Shown here piece by piece: positions 7,229 through 17,263 of a DNA stretch of 64,000 nucleotides. The position numbers and the translations under genes are program-made. The stretch spans positions 1,604 to 65,603 of the forward strand of contig PMIJ01000040.1 in the NCBI GenBank assembly GCA_003157015.1. Direction: 5' to 3'. Source of the stretch: Bacteroidales bacterium. Lineage in GTDB: Bacteria; Bacteroidota; Bacteroidia; Bacteroidales; VadinHA17. How positions within the stretch are numbered: position 1 is the first letter of the stretch; each line of letters opens with the position of its first letter. Under the pieces are notes generated by a model. The model was not told the origin of the DNA. It saw only the letters and a program-made list of their open reading frames with translations, and searched no databases.

Positions 7229-10009
7229 ATGAAAAAGGTTTTTTACATATTGCCGTTTTTATTCCTGGTATTTGATATACAAGCTCAGGATAATAACCTG
7301 TCGCTCCGTTTCAAACAGATACTTTTCAGGGACCTGGCTGATACAATTGAAAAAACAGTGGCTGTAAAGATCTATTACTCAAATAACTGGGTGGATAGCC
7401 TTTATCTGGATATCAATTCTGAAAATGAAAACCTTAATACCATATTTGACAAATCATTTGCAAAAAGCGGGCTTTCATTTATTATTACAGATAAAAATAA
7501 GATCATCCTTTCAAAAGGGTACACTATCAAGACCAATTTCAGAAAAGAATATCTTGAATATCTTGAAAAGAACCTGACGAAAGCCGATACTGTCAAATAC
7601 TCAAGATCTGTGCGGAAGACTGAAGATAAACAAATTAATGACGAGTACAAAGTATTTAAAATTGGTAATCCTTCAGGCCAGAGTAACGATGGAAAAGTTG
7701 TTCTTTCCGGGACAATTACCAAACCTGAAACAGGAGAAGCTCTGGCTGGAGTTATTATTTATATCGCAAAGTTGAAAATAGGAGCAGTCACCAATAGTGT
7801 TGGCTTTTACTCAATTGAGTTGCCCAGGGGTCAGTACCAGGCAGAGTTCAGGATGGTGGGCCTGCGTCAGACAGTCAGAAACATTATTATATATTCCGAT
7901 GGAGCTTTAAATGTTGAAATGGCTGAAAATACAAATCAGTTGAATGAGGTTATTGTTTCAGCAAACAGGGAAAATATAGTCAGAAACGTAAGAATGGGTA
8001 TTGAGAAAATCAATATTAAGATGCTTAAGCAAATCCCAATGGGGATGGGAGAAGTGGATGTATTCAAGAGTTCCTTACTTTTACCAGGAGTTCAGTCTGT
8101 CGGAGAAGCATCAAGCGGATATAACATCAGGGGAGGAAGCGCAGATCAAAACCTGATCTTATTAAATAGCGCTCCAATCATAAATCCTTCCCATTTTTTT
8201 GGATTCTTCTCTGCCTTTAACTCTGATATGATTGAGGATGTTACGCTGTACAAAAGCGGCATGCCGGCAAAATTCGGGGGACGGGTTTCTTCTGTTATGG
8301 ATATCGATTTAAAACAGGGAAGCATGGAAAAGTTTAATGTAAGTGGTGGAATAAGCCCGCTTACAGGAAGATTAATGATCGAGGGTCCGATAATAAAAAA
8401 GAAGGCTTCGTTTATTATCAGCACGAGAACAACTTATTCAGACTGGATCTTAAAACAACTTAAAAACATCCAGCTGCAAAAAAGCAGCGCCAGTTTTTAT
8501 GATATCCAGGGTCTTTTGACTTTTAATCCGAATGATAAAAACTCAATAACACTTTCAGGTTATTTAAGCAATGATTATTTTAATTATTATAAAGAAAGCA
8601 CCATAAGTTACAGTAACCTGGCCTCAACCCTTAACTGGAGGCATGTTTACACCCCACGATTCTCTTCCCAATTCTCAGCCATTTTAAGCAACTATGAGTA
8701 TCATGACAATTCAACACAGGATTCAACATCGTTTTATTCATTGTATTACCGACTGAATCAACAAATATTCAGAGCTGATTTCACTTACCGGCCCAATGAT
8801 CAACATAAAATTGATTTCGGTCTTGATGCCACAAATTATTACCTTATGCCAGGTGATCAGAAGCCGGTCGGAACATATTCTGTGATAGTGCCTAAACAAC
8901 TGGAAAGCGAGAGAGCGCTTGAGCCGGCAATTTATGCCAGCGATGAATATGAAATATCACCAAGGTTATTACTATCGGGAGGTTTGCGATTCACACTCTT
9001 TACTGAATTCGGACCTAAGACTCAACTGGAGTATAATCCTGATGGTCCGAGAAGTCTGGATAATATTGTTGATACAATACATTACGGAAGCGGGAAAATA
9101 ATAAAGACGTACCCGGGCCTCGAGTTCAGGTTTTCTTCAAGGTTTGTCATCGATCCCGACCTGTCGGTAAAAGCAGGGATCCAAAGGAACTACCAGTATC
9201 TGGATATGATCTCAAATACGACCTCTATGACACCGACAGATATCTGGAAGCTGAGCGATAATTATATTAAGCCACAAAGAGGAGATCAGTTTTCACTGGG
9301 AATCTACAAGAACCTGAACAATAAAGCTCTTGAAATATCGGTGGAAGGCTATTATAAAATATTAAAAAATATTCTCGATTATAAGGGAGGAGCGGAACTA
9401 CTGATGAATGATCATCTCGAAACTGATATCCTCAATGGGAACGGTAAAGCATATGGGATAGAATTTATGGTTAAGAAACAGCTAGGGATGCTCACCGGGT
9501 GGATAAGCTATACCTATTCGCGGGTTTTATTGAAAGTAGACGGAAAATATGAAGAAGAGAAAATAAACAATGGAAATTATTTTCCGGCAAACTATGATAA
9601 ACCCAATGATCTTAAATTCGTTGCCAATATGAAGTTTTTCAGAAGACTGAATTTTACAACTAATTTTGTTTACAATACCGGAAGACCAATAACATATCCG
9701 GTGGCTTACTATGATTTTCTTAACGTAGACCGGGTATTTTATTCGGAAAGGAACGAATTCCGCATTCCCGATTATATGAGACTTGATTTTGCTGCAACCA
9801 TAAACGGTAACCTGAAAGCAAAAAAACTAAATCACTCCTCTTTTACATTTACTGTTTATAACGCTCTTGGCAGGAAGAATCCGTACTCAATCTTTTTCAA
9901 AGACGAGAATGGTGTTGTGAAAGGCTACCAGATGTCAATTTTCGGCCAACCAATCTTTATGGTTACATATAATTTCAGGATACTTGGAAATGCTTCAACA
10001 GATTTCTAG
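7229..10009 (+). CDS. TonB-dependent receptor with N-terminal STN-like signalling domain, CarboxypepD_reg domain, plug and beta-barrel
   Basis: 926 aa with a signal peptide. STN-like segment: LSLRFKQILFRDLADTIEKTVAVKIYYSNNWVDSL...GLSFIITDKNKIILSK. CarboxypepD_reg segment: VVLSGTITKPETGEALAGVIIYIAKLKIGAVTNSVGFYSIELPRGQY. Plug-like segment: DVFKSSLLLPGVQS...GYNIRGGSADQNLILLNSAPI. The long C-terminal part alternates in beta-strand fashion and ends in a terminal F. Confidence 0.85.
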   Translation: MKKVFYILPFLFLVFDIQAQDNNLSLRFKQILFRDLADTIEKTVAVKIYYSNNWVDSLYLDINSENENLNTIFDKSFAKSGLSFIITDKNKIILSKGYTIKTNFRKEYLEYLEKNLTKADTVKYSRSVRKTEDKQINDEYKVFKIGNPSGQSNDGKVVLSGTITKPETGEALAGVIIYIAKLKIGAVTNSVGFYSIELPRGQYQAEFRMVGLRQTVRNIIIYSDGALNVEMAENTNQLNEVIVSANRENIVRNVRMGIEKINIKMLKQIPMGMGEVDVFKSSLLLPGVQSVGEASSGYNIRGGSADQNLILLNSAPIINPSHFFGFFSAFNSDMIEDVTLYKSGMPAKFGGRVSSVMDIDLKQGSMEKFNVSGGISPLTGRLMIEGPIIKKKASFIISTRTTYSDWILKQLKNIQLQKSSASFYDIQGLLTFNPNDKNSITLSGYLSNDYFNYYKESTISYSNLASTLNWRHVYTPRFSSQFSAILSNYEYHDNSTQDSTSFYSLYYRLNQQIFRADFTYRPNDQHKIDFGLDATNYYLMPGDQKPVGTYSVIVPKQLESERALEPAIYASDEYEISPRLLLSGGLRFTLFTEFGPKTQLEYNPDGPRSLDNIVDTIHYGSGKIIKTYPGLEFRFSSRFVIDPDLSVKAGIQRNYQYLDMISNTTSMTPTDIWKLSDNYIKPQRGDQFSLGIYKNLNNKALEISVEGYYKILKNILDYKGGAELLMNDHLETDILNGNGKAYGIEFMVKKQLGMLTGWISYTYSRVLLKVDGKYEEEKINNGNYFPANYDKPNDLKFVANMKFFRRLNFTTNFVYNTGRPITYPVAYYDFLNVDRVFYSERNEFRIPDYMRLDFAATINGNLKAKKLNHSSFTFTVYNALGRKNPYSIFFKDENGVVKGYQMSIFGQPIFMVTYNFRILGNASTDF

Positions 10010-10011
10010 CA

Positions 10012-10494
10012 TCACAAATCTTTAAGCATCCAGATATTGCAGCCGAAATGACCTGATTTACCCATGGGTCCTGAGATAAATATAAACCCAGCCTTCTCAT
10101 ATAAACTGATGGCCCTGTTTAATTCCGGAAGGGATTCCAGATATAATTGCCTGTATCCGTATTTTTTAGCTGACTCAAAGGTTTTTTCCATCAGGTTCCG
10201 TCCTATTCCTCTTCCCCTCTGTGTTGCTGAAATATAAAACTTGACAAGCTCGGCACATCCTTCAGGCAATCCGGGAGTCGGATAGACACCACAGCCTCCA
10301 ATTATAACTCCGTTTTCCTCCGCTATCCAGTATTCTGATCCGGGCGCCCTGAAAAGCTCAAAAAGATTGTCCGTTGTCGGATCGAAATAAACCGTTCCGG
10401 GTCTGTGGATATTAAATTCCCTGAAAACCCCACGTATAAGATTTGCAATTTCTTTATTGTCTTTTTCTTCAATAGGCCTGAAAATGATATCCAT
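10012..10494 (-). CDS. GNAT family N-acetyltransferase
   Basis: 160 aa. Acetyl-CoA motif A: QRGRGIGRNLME. Typical GNAT size and layout. Confidence 0.85.
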   Translation of the reverse strand: MDIIFRPIEEKDNKEIANLIRGVFREFNIHRPGTVYFDPTTDNLFELFRAPGSEYWIAEENGVIIGGCGVYPTPGLPEGCAELVKFYISATQRGRGIGRNLMEKTFESAKKYGYRQLYLESLPELNRAISLYEKAGFIFISGPMGKSGHFGCNIWMLKDL

Positions 10495-10510
10495 TTTAAT
10501 CCATTTTATT

Positions 10511-10587
10511 TACACCCCCTTCCCACCCTTCCCCCACGGGGGAAGGAGTTAATCATTTCCCCCGTGGGGGAAAATGAAAGGGGGTAA
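10511..10587. repeat. G/C-run nested palindromic intergenic element
   Basis: 'ttcccccacgggggaa' (10529-10544) has its reverse-complement partner 'ttcccccgtgggggaa' (10558-10573). These are flanked by 'acccccttccc' (10514-) and 'gaaagggggt' (-10586). The element is strongly GC-rich against AT-rich surroundings. It lies between the stop of 10621..13296 and the start of the GNAT gene. Confidence 0.8.
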
Positions 10588-10620
10588 TATTTAGAAAAAG
10601 AGAACAAATGATTATGACAA

Positions 10621-13296
10621 TCACAGAGAAAACCAGTAATTCAGTTTAATAAGAAAAATATTATTCGGGAATATACTCCTTATCTGTTTATAGGACTCAC
10701 CAATGGTCGCATTTGATTGAACAGTGTTCTCAGTCCGGTCCGATGACCATACAAAATAAATGAAAGATCCCAGACGGTATTCCCATCTGGCAACCAGATT
10801 AGACCTGAACTGATGAAAATTAAAATCAGGGTCGGCAATTGAATAATCAATTCTTGGTCCGTTATTGTAGTCATATAACTGGTACATACCTTCTGAAAGC
10901 GCCTGATCCTGATAAATTTCGAACCTGTTATTGTAATCTGATGAACGAGGATTTGTAACAAACTTTAGCTGTGAATATTTTCCTATAGAAACGAACGGGC
11001 TGCCATAGTATTGAATTGAAAATTCAGGAGTCACATTCAGATCAACTCTGAAAGTCAGCCCCAGTGTTTTCTGATCAATGGTACCGAGTATATATCTGTT
11101 GCCGGGTACATCATAGCTTGTGGTTACATACTGCAGCCTGTCATGATTATTCATATAATTCGCAGTCACTCCTATCTTAAGATTATTAATCGGTCGATAG
11201 GTTATTCCGGGTTCAACCTGATAGCTTCTGGCTGAATTATTACCCGTATACTGATAACTACCAAGCATGCTGCCAGTAATTTTTTTTGTCTGATCGGTAG
11301 CCAGGGTCCCGGTTGAGGTAATTGTATATGGCATTATCATGGCATACCCTCCGCGAAGAATTTTGGTGTCAAGAGTCTTCGTATGATAGATTTCATTTGC
11401 AGCGAAACTCCATTGATTTTTGAACACCGAGGTTAATGTGAGATTGGCGCCTGAGCCAAGATATTCTCCATTAAAGTCCCATGTATTGATTTGTTCGAGG
11501 CTTATATCACAGGTACTGAATATTGAAAAAGGCTGATTTATTCCGTACGAAACCACATTGTCCTGATTTATTACATCAGCGGTAGTCATATAACCCAGAT
11601 CATTCAATTCAAGGCCCGGGGAAAACCAAGTTGCTCCGGTTGCAAATTTCCATAGCCCTTTGGAACCTTTACCGATCATAAATTTGCCTCCGTATCCGCT
11701 GAGTGTAGTGGCTGTAGAATCAAATTTAAGATAGCTGGCGCCCGGCCGCTGGTAATAGCGGGCAGACGATTCCTGAAGCGCAGTGATCGACTGCCTGCTT
11801 CCGTTTATGAAGCTGCCGATAAGCCTGGCATCAATGTAAAACTCTTTGTCTTTCCAATGTGTTAAGAGATCCAGGCCTCCTGTATAAGCATTGGTGCTGA
11901 GCGACTCAAGATTCGTGTTTGAGATATCACGATTCGTCGATGTCAGCATTCCGCCAATTACCGTATTACCCGCATTATAACCTTTCTGTATACGTGCAAC
12001 TGTGTAACTTGTCAGAGGTTCAACTATTAAGCTGCTCCTGTTTCCATCTTTATCACTTAGCCTGGCAAATTCATTTGCAGTTACACTTTGTATTAATCCA
12101 ACTGAAAGTCCGTTTGAAGTCGTTCCGCTGAGTTTAAGAGCGCTGATGATGGCTGTCTTGTCAGGTGCATCCACAAAAAGGTTGTCATTCGGAGCAACGG
12201 AAAGCGACGGTGCATGACCTATTCGCCTGGAATAAAACAGAATATTGTTGTTAAATTTATAATCGAAAATAGTCAGTCCTTCAAGGAAAAAGGGTCGCTT
12301 CTCCTCATAAAAAGTTTCAAATGCTGTTAAGTTCATCACTGATGGATCGGACTCAACCTGTCCAAAATCAGGATTTACAGTAAGGTCAACAGTGAAGTTA
12401 CTTGAAATACCAATCTTTGCATCGAGTCCGGCATTTCCACCCCAGGTCCTTCCTTTTTCCGTAAAGGGATTCCCTTGTTCTTTTGGCATGGTTTTAAGAT
12501 CTCCCAGCGTGTATGGTGATATTTCAAGACGACGTGATTTTTTTAATCCTTTAATACCCCTCAGCTCACCAAAGTTAAAAAGTACTCCGGGACCTGTCTT
12601 ACTCTGTATCTCCCAATCGCTCTCTTCCTGGAGTCGCGATATCCAGCGCCAGACATGCATTCCCCACACTTGTTCATCTTTATTGCTATAACGCAACTGA
12701 CTGAGCGGAATCTCATATTCTGCAACCCACGCTGAATCTTCCAATCCGGTTTTTACCTTCCATACTGCATTCCAGTTTGTATCCCAGTTATTAGGGTTGA
12801 ATAATACAAGATCAACTTTCTGACCCCATGCGGTTACGGTAAACTCAAACCCTGTCCGATAATCACGGTAGCTGTCAAAATTTACACCTGCCATGTCTCC
12901 GACCTGTTCATCACGTGCGCCTGCCAGCCTCATAATTTTTCCTGGTTCTCCATCATATGCCCTGATGGCAACATACAGATTCTTGTCATCATACTGAATA
13001 TTCAATTCAGTAGGATAAGTGGGCTTAGCTCCCTCCTTGGGAATCCATTGGTGGAAGTTTGATGCCCATGTACCTTTCTTCCAGCATTCATCGTCGAGCT
13101 TTCCGTCAATGACCGGCTTTGAAGTTACCAGCCGGGTTGTTATATAGACAGGTTGCTTTGGAGAATTCTGTGTATGAACCGTATCCTGAAAGTTATTAAA
13201 CGAATTATGCGATGGCGATGAATATGTCCGGAAAGTAAACAGGACAGCAACAAGAAATAAATGAAGAATTTGGTTAACAGTACGGGCTAATTTCAT
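10621..13296 (-). CDS. CBM9/DOMON-like carbohydrate-binding domain protein with large C-terminal beta-rich domain (DUF5916-like)
   Basis: 891 aa with a signal peptide. The N-terminal segment VIDGKLDDECWKKGTWASNFHQWIPKEGAKPTYPTELNIQYDDKNLYVAIRAYD matches the CBM family 9-like pattern. The long C-terminal region is beta-rich and ends in aromatic residues. The family name is from memory. Confidence 0.6.
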   Translation of the reverse strand: MKLARTVNQILHLFLVAVLFTFRTYSSPSHNSFNNFQDTVHTQNSPKQPVYITTRLVTSKPVIDGKLDDECWKKGTWASNFHQWIPKEGAKPTYPTELNIQYDDKNLYVAIRAYDGEPGKIMRLAGARDEQVGDMAGVNFDSYRDYRTGFEFTVTAWGQKVDLVLFNPNNWDTNWNAVWKVKTGLEDSAWVAEYEIPLSQLRYSNKDEQVWGMHVWRWISRLQEESDWEIQSKTGPGVLFNFGELRGIKGLKKSRRLEISPYTLGDLKTMPKEQGNPFTEKGRTWGGNAGLDAKIGISSNFTVDLTVNPDFGQVESDPSVMNLTAFETFYEEKRPFFLEGLTIFDYKFNNNILFYSRRIGHAPSLSVAPNDNLFVDAPDKTAIISALKLSGTTSNGLSVGLIQSVTANEFARLSDKDGNRSSLIVEPLTSYTVARIQKGYNAGNTVIGGMLTSTNRDISNTNLESLSTNAYTGGLDLLTHWKDKEFYIDARLIGSFINGSRQSITALQESSARYYQRPGASYLKFDSTATTLSGYGGKFMIGKGSKGLWKFATGATWFSPGLELNDLGYMTTADVINQDNVVSYGINQPFSIFSTCDISLEQINTWDFNGEYLGSGANLTLTSVFKNQWSFAANEIYHTKTLDTKILRGGYAMIMPYTITSTGTLATDQTKKITGSMLGSYQYTGNNSARSYQVEPGITYRPINNLKIGVTANYMNNHDRLQYVTTSYDVPGNRYILGTIDQKTLGLTFRVDLNVTPEFSIQYYGSPFVSIGKYSQLKFVTNPRSSDYNNRFEIYQDQALSEGMYQLYDYNNGPRIDYSIADPDFNFHQFRSNLVARWEYRLGSFIYFVWSSDRTENTVQSNATIGESYKQIRSIFPNNIFLIKLNYWFSL

Positions 13297-13444
13297 TTCA
13301 ATTGAAAAAGACAGGTTAGTAGTTAAAAATTATCCAAATTTATAAGAATAACTTATAATTGGGTATGTTTTAAAAATATAATCTTCTTATATTCGGTGTT
13401 AATTATAAAATATTAATTGTGAATAAACACAAAACTAAATACTT

Positions 13445-15637
13445 ATGAAAAATATTTTTCTTTTAATCACCCTTATTTTTACAATCAGTTTTGGAACTTT
13501 GGGACAACCTCCAATCGGTCAACCTCCTGTCAACCAGCCACCCGATATCTTTATCCCGATATCAACTTTAAATACCGATCTGGTTTTTAAAGTCAATGGC
13601 AGGGATGGAAGACTTTATCAGGTCTATCTGGGTTCTAAACTTGACAATATTTCCGAACTGAAATTTGCTAGAAATGCAGATCATATTGCCTATGCAACTT
13701 TTGGTACCGATAATCTTTTCGAACCAGCTATCAGGATGACGCACAATGACGGAAATCCATCCCTTGAACTGAAGTATGTAAGTCACAATATTGAGAAACC
13801 AGATGGCGATTTAACTATTACAAATATCCTGCTTAAAGATCCTGAATATCCGGTTGAAGTTACTCTTCATATTAAGGCATACTCTGCCGAAGATGTAATA
13901 GAACAGTGGGTTGAAATTGTGCAGAAGGAGGCCAAACCTGTCACTGTCTTTAATTACGCTTCATCTATGCTTCATTTTGATGCAAATAAATACTGGCTCA
14001 CACAATTTCATGGTGACTGGGCTGAAGAGATGAAGATGCAGGAGAATGAACTTACCAGCGGAATCAAAATCCTCGACAGCAAGCTAGGTACTCGTGCCCA
14101 TATGTACCAGACTCCAGTATTTTTTCTGTCTCTGAATGGAAAATCAGATGAAACAAGTGGTGAGCTTATCGCAGGCACACTGGGTTGGTCGGGTAATTTC
14201 CGGTTCCTTTTTGAAGTTGATGAAAAAGGTTCTCTCCGGGTTATTTCCGGAATCAATCCTTTCGCTTCAGAATACTCAATTCAGCCGGGAAAACCATTTA
14301 AGACTCCTTCATTTATCTTTACATATTCTAATCAGGGAAAGGGATTAGCCAGCAGGAACCTTCATCATTGGGCAGCGAATTATGGAATCCTGGATGGTAA
14401 AGGAACCCGTCTTACGCTTCTGAATAACTGGGAAACAACTTATTTCAATTTTAATGAACCTAAATTAGTCAGCTTACTGAATGATACAAAAAAGATGGGG
14501 CTTGATCTCTTCCTCCTGGATGATGGATGGTTTGCCAACAAATATCCAAGGAATGACGACCGTGCAGGACTTGGTGACTGGCAGGAAAATAAAGCAAAGC
14601 TGCCCGATGGATTGGGTTATCTTGTCAGGAAAGCTGATAGTACCGGAGTAAAATTTGGCATCTGGATAGAACCTGAAATGGTCAATCCAAAAAGCGAACT
14701 TTATGAAAATCATCCTGACTGGATCCTTAAGCTGCCAAACCGTCCAGAGAATTACTTCAGGAACCAGCTCGTTCTCGATCTTACAAATCCAAAAGTTCAG
14801 GATTTTGTGTTTAATGTAGTTGACGGGATGCTTACAAAATATCCGGGAATTGCATTTATCAAATGGGATTGCAACAGGATGATGACTAATGCCTATTCCG
14901 TTTATCTGAAAGACAGGCAATCTCAACTCTATGTTGATTATGTGAATAGTCTTTATAGTGTACTTGAAAGACTTCGTCAGAAATTCCCTCATTTGCCAGT
15001 AATGCTTTGTTCCGGTGGAGGAGGAAGGGTTGATTATGGAGCTCTCAGGTATTTCACTGAATTCTGGGCAAGTGATGACACTGATCCGGTTGAACGAGTC
15101 TATATTCAATGGGGTTACTCATACTTTTTTCCTTCATTCGCTATATGCAACCATATAACTTCGTGGGGCAAACAATCGCTTAAATTCAGAACAGATGTGG
15201 CAATGATGGGCAAAATTGGTTATGATATCCAGGTAAACGGGCTCACAGAAAAAGAATTGAAGTTCAGTCAGGATGCAATAGCCAATTATAAAAGGCTAAG
15301 TGACGTGATATGGCATGGTGATTTGTACCGGCTTGTCTCACCTTATGATGAAAACAGGGCAGTCCTCATGTATGTAAACAGTTCAAAAAACAAGGCTGTC
15401 CTATTTGCTTATACCCTTAATGCAAGGTTCGGAGAAAAATTTAATCAGGTTCGTTTGCAGGGGCTTGATCCCGCTAAAACTTATAAAATACAGGAAATTA
15501 ATATCTCTTCTGATGGACGCCGGTTTGGTCCGTCCGAAAATGGAAAGAGCTATACGGGTGACTATCTTTTGAAAATAGGTTTGAATGTCGGATCAGGAGC
15601 AGCTCTTACCAGCTCAGTATATGAAATAACAGAATAG
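13445..15637 (+). CDS. Alpha-galactosidase, glycoside hydrolase family 36
   Basis: 730 aa. The segment GLDLFLLDDGWFANKYPRNDDRAGLGDWQENKAKLPDGLGYLV...GVKFGIWIEPEMVNPKSELYENHPDWIL...FIKWDCNR gives the classic GH36 catalytic-domain motifs. An N-terminal signal peptide is present. Confidence 0.85.
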   Translation: MKNIFLLITLIFTISFGTLGQPPIGQPPVNQPPDIFIPISTLNTDLVFKVNGRDGRLYQVYLGSKLDNISELKFARNADHIAYATFGTDNLFEPAIRMTHNDGNPSLELKYVSHNIEKPDGDLTITNILLKDPEYPVEVTLHIKAYSAEDVIEQWVEIVQKEAKPVTVFNYASSMLHFDANKYWLTQFHGDWAEEMKMQENELTSGIKILDSKLGTRAHMYQTPVFFLSLNGKSDETSGELIAGTLGWSGNFRFLFEVDEKGSLRVISGINPFASEYSIQPGKPFKTPSFIFTYSNQGKGLASRNLHHWAANYGILDGKGTRLTLLNNWETTYFNFNEPKLVSLLNDTKKMGLDLFLLDDGWFANKYPRNDDRAGLGDWQENKAKLPDGLGYLVRKADSTGVKFGIWIEPEMVNPKSELYENHPDWILKLPNRPENYFRNQLVLDLTNPKVQDFVFNVVDGMLTKYPGIAFIKWDCNRMMTNAYSVYLKDRQSQLYVDYVNSLYSVLERLRQKFPHLPVMLCSGGGGRVDYGALRYFTEFWASDDTDPVERVYIQWGYSYFFPSFAICNHITSWGKQSLKFRTDVAMMGKIGYDIQVNGLTEKELKFSQDAIANYKRLSDVIWHGDLYRLVSPYDENRAVLMYVNSSKNKAVLFAYTLNARFGEKFNQVRLQGLDPAKTYKIQEINISSDGRRFGPSENGKSYTGDYLLKIGLNVGSGAALTSSVYEITE

Positions 15638-15669
15638 TGACCTGCAATGTAGGGACGTCCAAATAATAA

Positions 15670-15698
15670 GTAGAGACGCCCAAATTGGGCGTCTCTAC
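15670..15698 (+). terminator. Rho-independent terminator-like hairpin between convergent genes
   Basis: Perfect 12-bp stem, gtagagacgccc / gggcgtctctac, with loop 'aaatt', followed by 'ttatata'. It sits 33 nt after the GH36 stop. Confidence 0.7.
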
Positions 15699-15761
15699 TT
15701 ATATAATCATTGATTTAAACCCTTCCAATTTGATTTTACATTCCTGTTTCTGCTGAAACCT

Positions 15762-16205
15762 TTAAATAATTCCAAGAATGGCCAGCAGAGCTATAACTAA
15801 TATTGTCAGACCCGAAATGCTTAATGGGAACCAAACCGGGGCTATCCAGGGCATTGGTATAAGAAACAGGACATCAATTGTGGTAAGTTTTGGAGGCCAT
15901 TTTATTAAGATGTAAAGCGATAAATAATAGAACAGGTCCCAGAAAGCAAAAGTCCAGAGAAAGAAGATTCCTTTTTCAATCCACGATCCACCTGTAAGAT
16001 AAGCAATTACAACAAGCATTATTATTGTAGCAGCCTCCCGTGACATCTCAATGTGCAGGTAACGCTTAGGAAATTTTTCTATTGATTCCTTGTTTGATTC
16101 TGAATCGAGCATCCCCAGAGCTTTTCTCAGATATACCACAACAACACCTTCTAAATGTGCCATAGAAATACCGAAAACCGCAAGAAGTAATAAATTGATA
16201 ATCAT
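15762..16205 (-). CDS. Small integral membrane protein (about 4 TM helices), unknown family
   Basis: 147 aa, hydrophobic throughout. It is the last gene of a same-strand run spanning 19353->15762. Confidence 0.6.
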   Translation of the reverse strand: MIINLLLLAVFGISMAHLEGVVVVYLRKALGMLDSESNKESIEKFPKRYLHIEMSREAATIIMLVVIAYLTGGSWIEKGIFFLWTFAFWDLFYYLSLYILIKWPPKLTTIDVLFLIPMPWIAPVWFPLSISGLTILVIALLAILGII

Positions 16206-16223
16206 AATGGAAAAGTATGTTAA

Positions 16224-17261
16224 TTACTTGTGACTCAGGACAAATGCATCGATCTCATTGCAGAAAAATTGCTTATCCTGAAATATCATATTATGTCCGC
16301 TTTTTACCGATACAGCAATACGTTTATCTGTCGAACTGATCCGGTTATAAAAATCTTCACCCAATGCCAGCGGACAGGTAAAATCATATTTTCCCCACAG
16401 CACAAGGACAGGAACTGTTACTATATTGAGGGAAGTTGAAAATTGTGTTACTGCCAGTTCTTTATTAAAATTTGAATCTTCCGAATAGAGAAGGTTACAT
16501 AGTACTGCTGTTAGAGGAATTTTATCAGGAATAGAATATTTTAATACGAGGTTTACAACATTATAATGATTTATGCTGTCAATATAGTTCTCTGCCTGAG
16601 TTGCGTATGTTTCCAGTTGCTGTGATTCTTCCAGGCTGAAATTACCTTTATGGTTTATACAGTAGCTGACAATGGGCGTCCAGTTGCTAACATTTTTTTT
16701 CTGTGAAATCTGATAATTTCCCTCGGTGAGTAATGCCTGTCGTGTAAGAGTATCATTCAGCGGGTAATTATGACTTCCGTCAACATCAATAAAACCTTTT
16801 ATCATATCCTGGTACCCAGGCCTGGTTATAAAATCAGCAGCTAAAAGGCCCCCGAAGCTGTGACCCAGTAAAAACAGACTCATGTCCTGCCCATACCTGA
16901 ACTTAAGGACCTCAATCACCTTTTTCAGATCATCAACCATCTGATCAAGATGAAGGTTTCCTCCATTGACTGTTCCCTGTGATGCTCCGGCGTTTCTCTG
17001 ATCCCAGTAAACTATTGCGTATTTATCCCCGATATTTTTGCTGATATATTTTGTGTCATAGAAGTATGAGCTTACTCCCGGACCGCCATGAATGAAAAGG
17101 ATAAATGTTTTGCTTGCAGTATTTCCCTGTACCAGGACTCGCATCGAGGCTCCTGCATTTTCAACATAGAACGCTTCGGAAACGTTCCCGGAAATAGTAA
17201 TTTGCTCTTTCTGACATCGTGAAAACAAAAATATTAAACTAAAGAAAACTACTTTTCTCAT
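16224..17261 (-). CDS. Alpha/beta-hydrolase fold lipoprotein/secreted esterase or peptidase
   Basis: 345 aa. Signal/lipobox FLFSRCQ. Oxyanion segment FIHGGPG. Nucleophile elbow GHSFGG. Confidence 0.8.
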   Translation of the reverse strand: MRKVVFFSLIFLFSRCQKEQITISGNVSEAFYVENAGASMRVLVQGNTASKTFILFIHGGPGVSSYFYDTKYISKNIGDKYAIVYWDQRNAGASQGTVNGGNLHLDQMVDDLKKVIEVLKFRYGQDMSLFLLGHSFGGLLAADFITRPGYQDMIKGFIDVDGSHNYPLNDTLTRQALLTEGNYQISQKKNVSNWTPIVSYCINHKGNFSLEESQQLETYATQAENYIDSINHYNVVNLVLKYSIPDKIPLTAVLCNLLYSEDSNFNKELAVTQFSTSLNIVTVPVLVLWGKYDFTCPLALGEDFYNRISSTDKRIAVSVKSGHNMIFQDKQFFCNEIDAFVLSHK

Positions 17262-17263
17262 TA

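Noticed and set aside
14474-15109. 211-aa antisense ORF inside the GH36 gene; likewise 37173..37610 inside the epimerase gene and 59532..59969 inside porP/sprF
   Set aside because: Each lies opposite a strongly supported gene and has no recognisable motifs. They are typical shadow ORFs.
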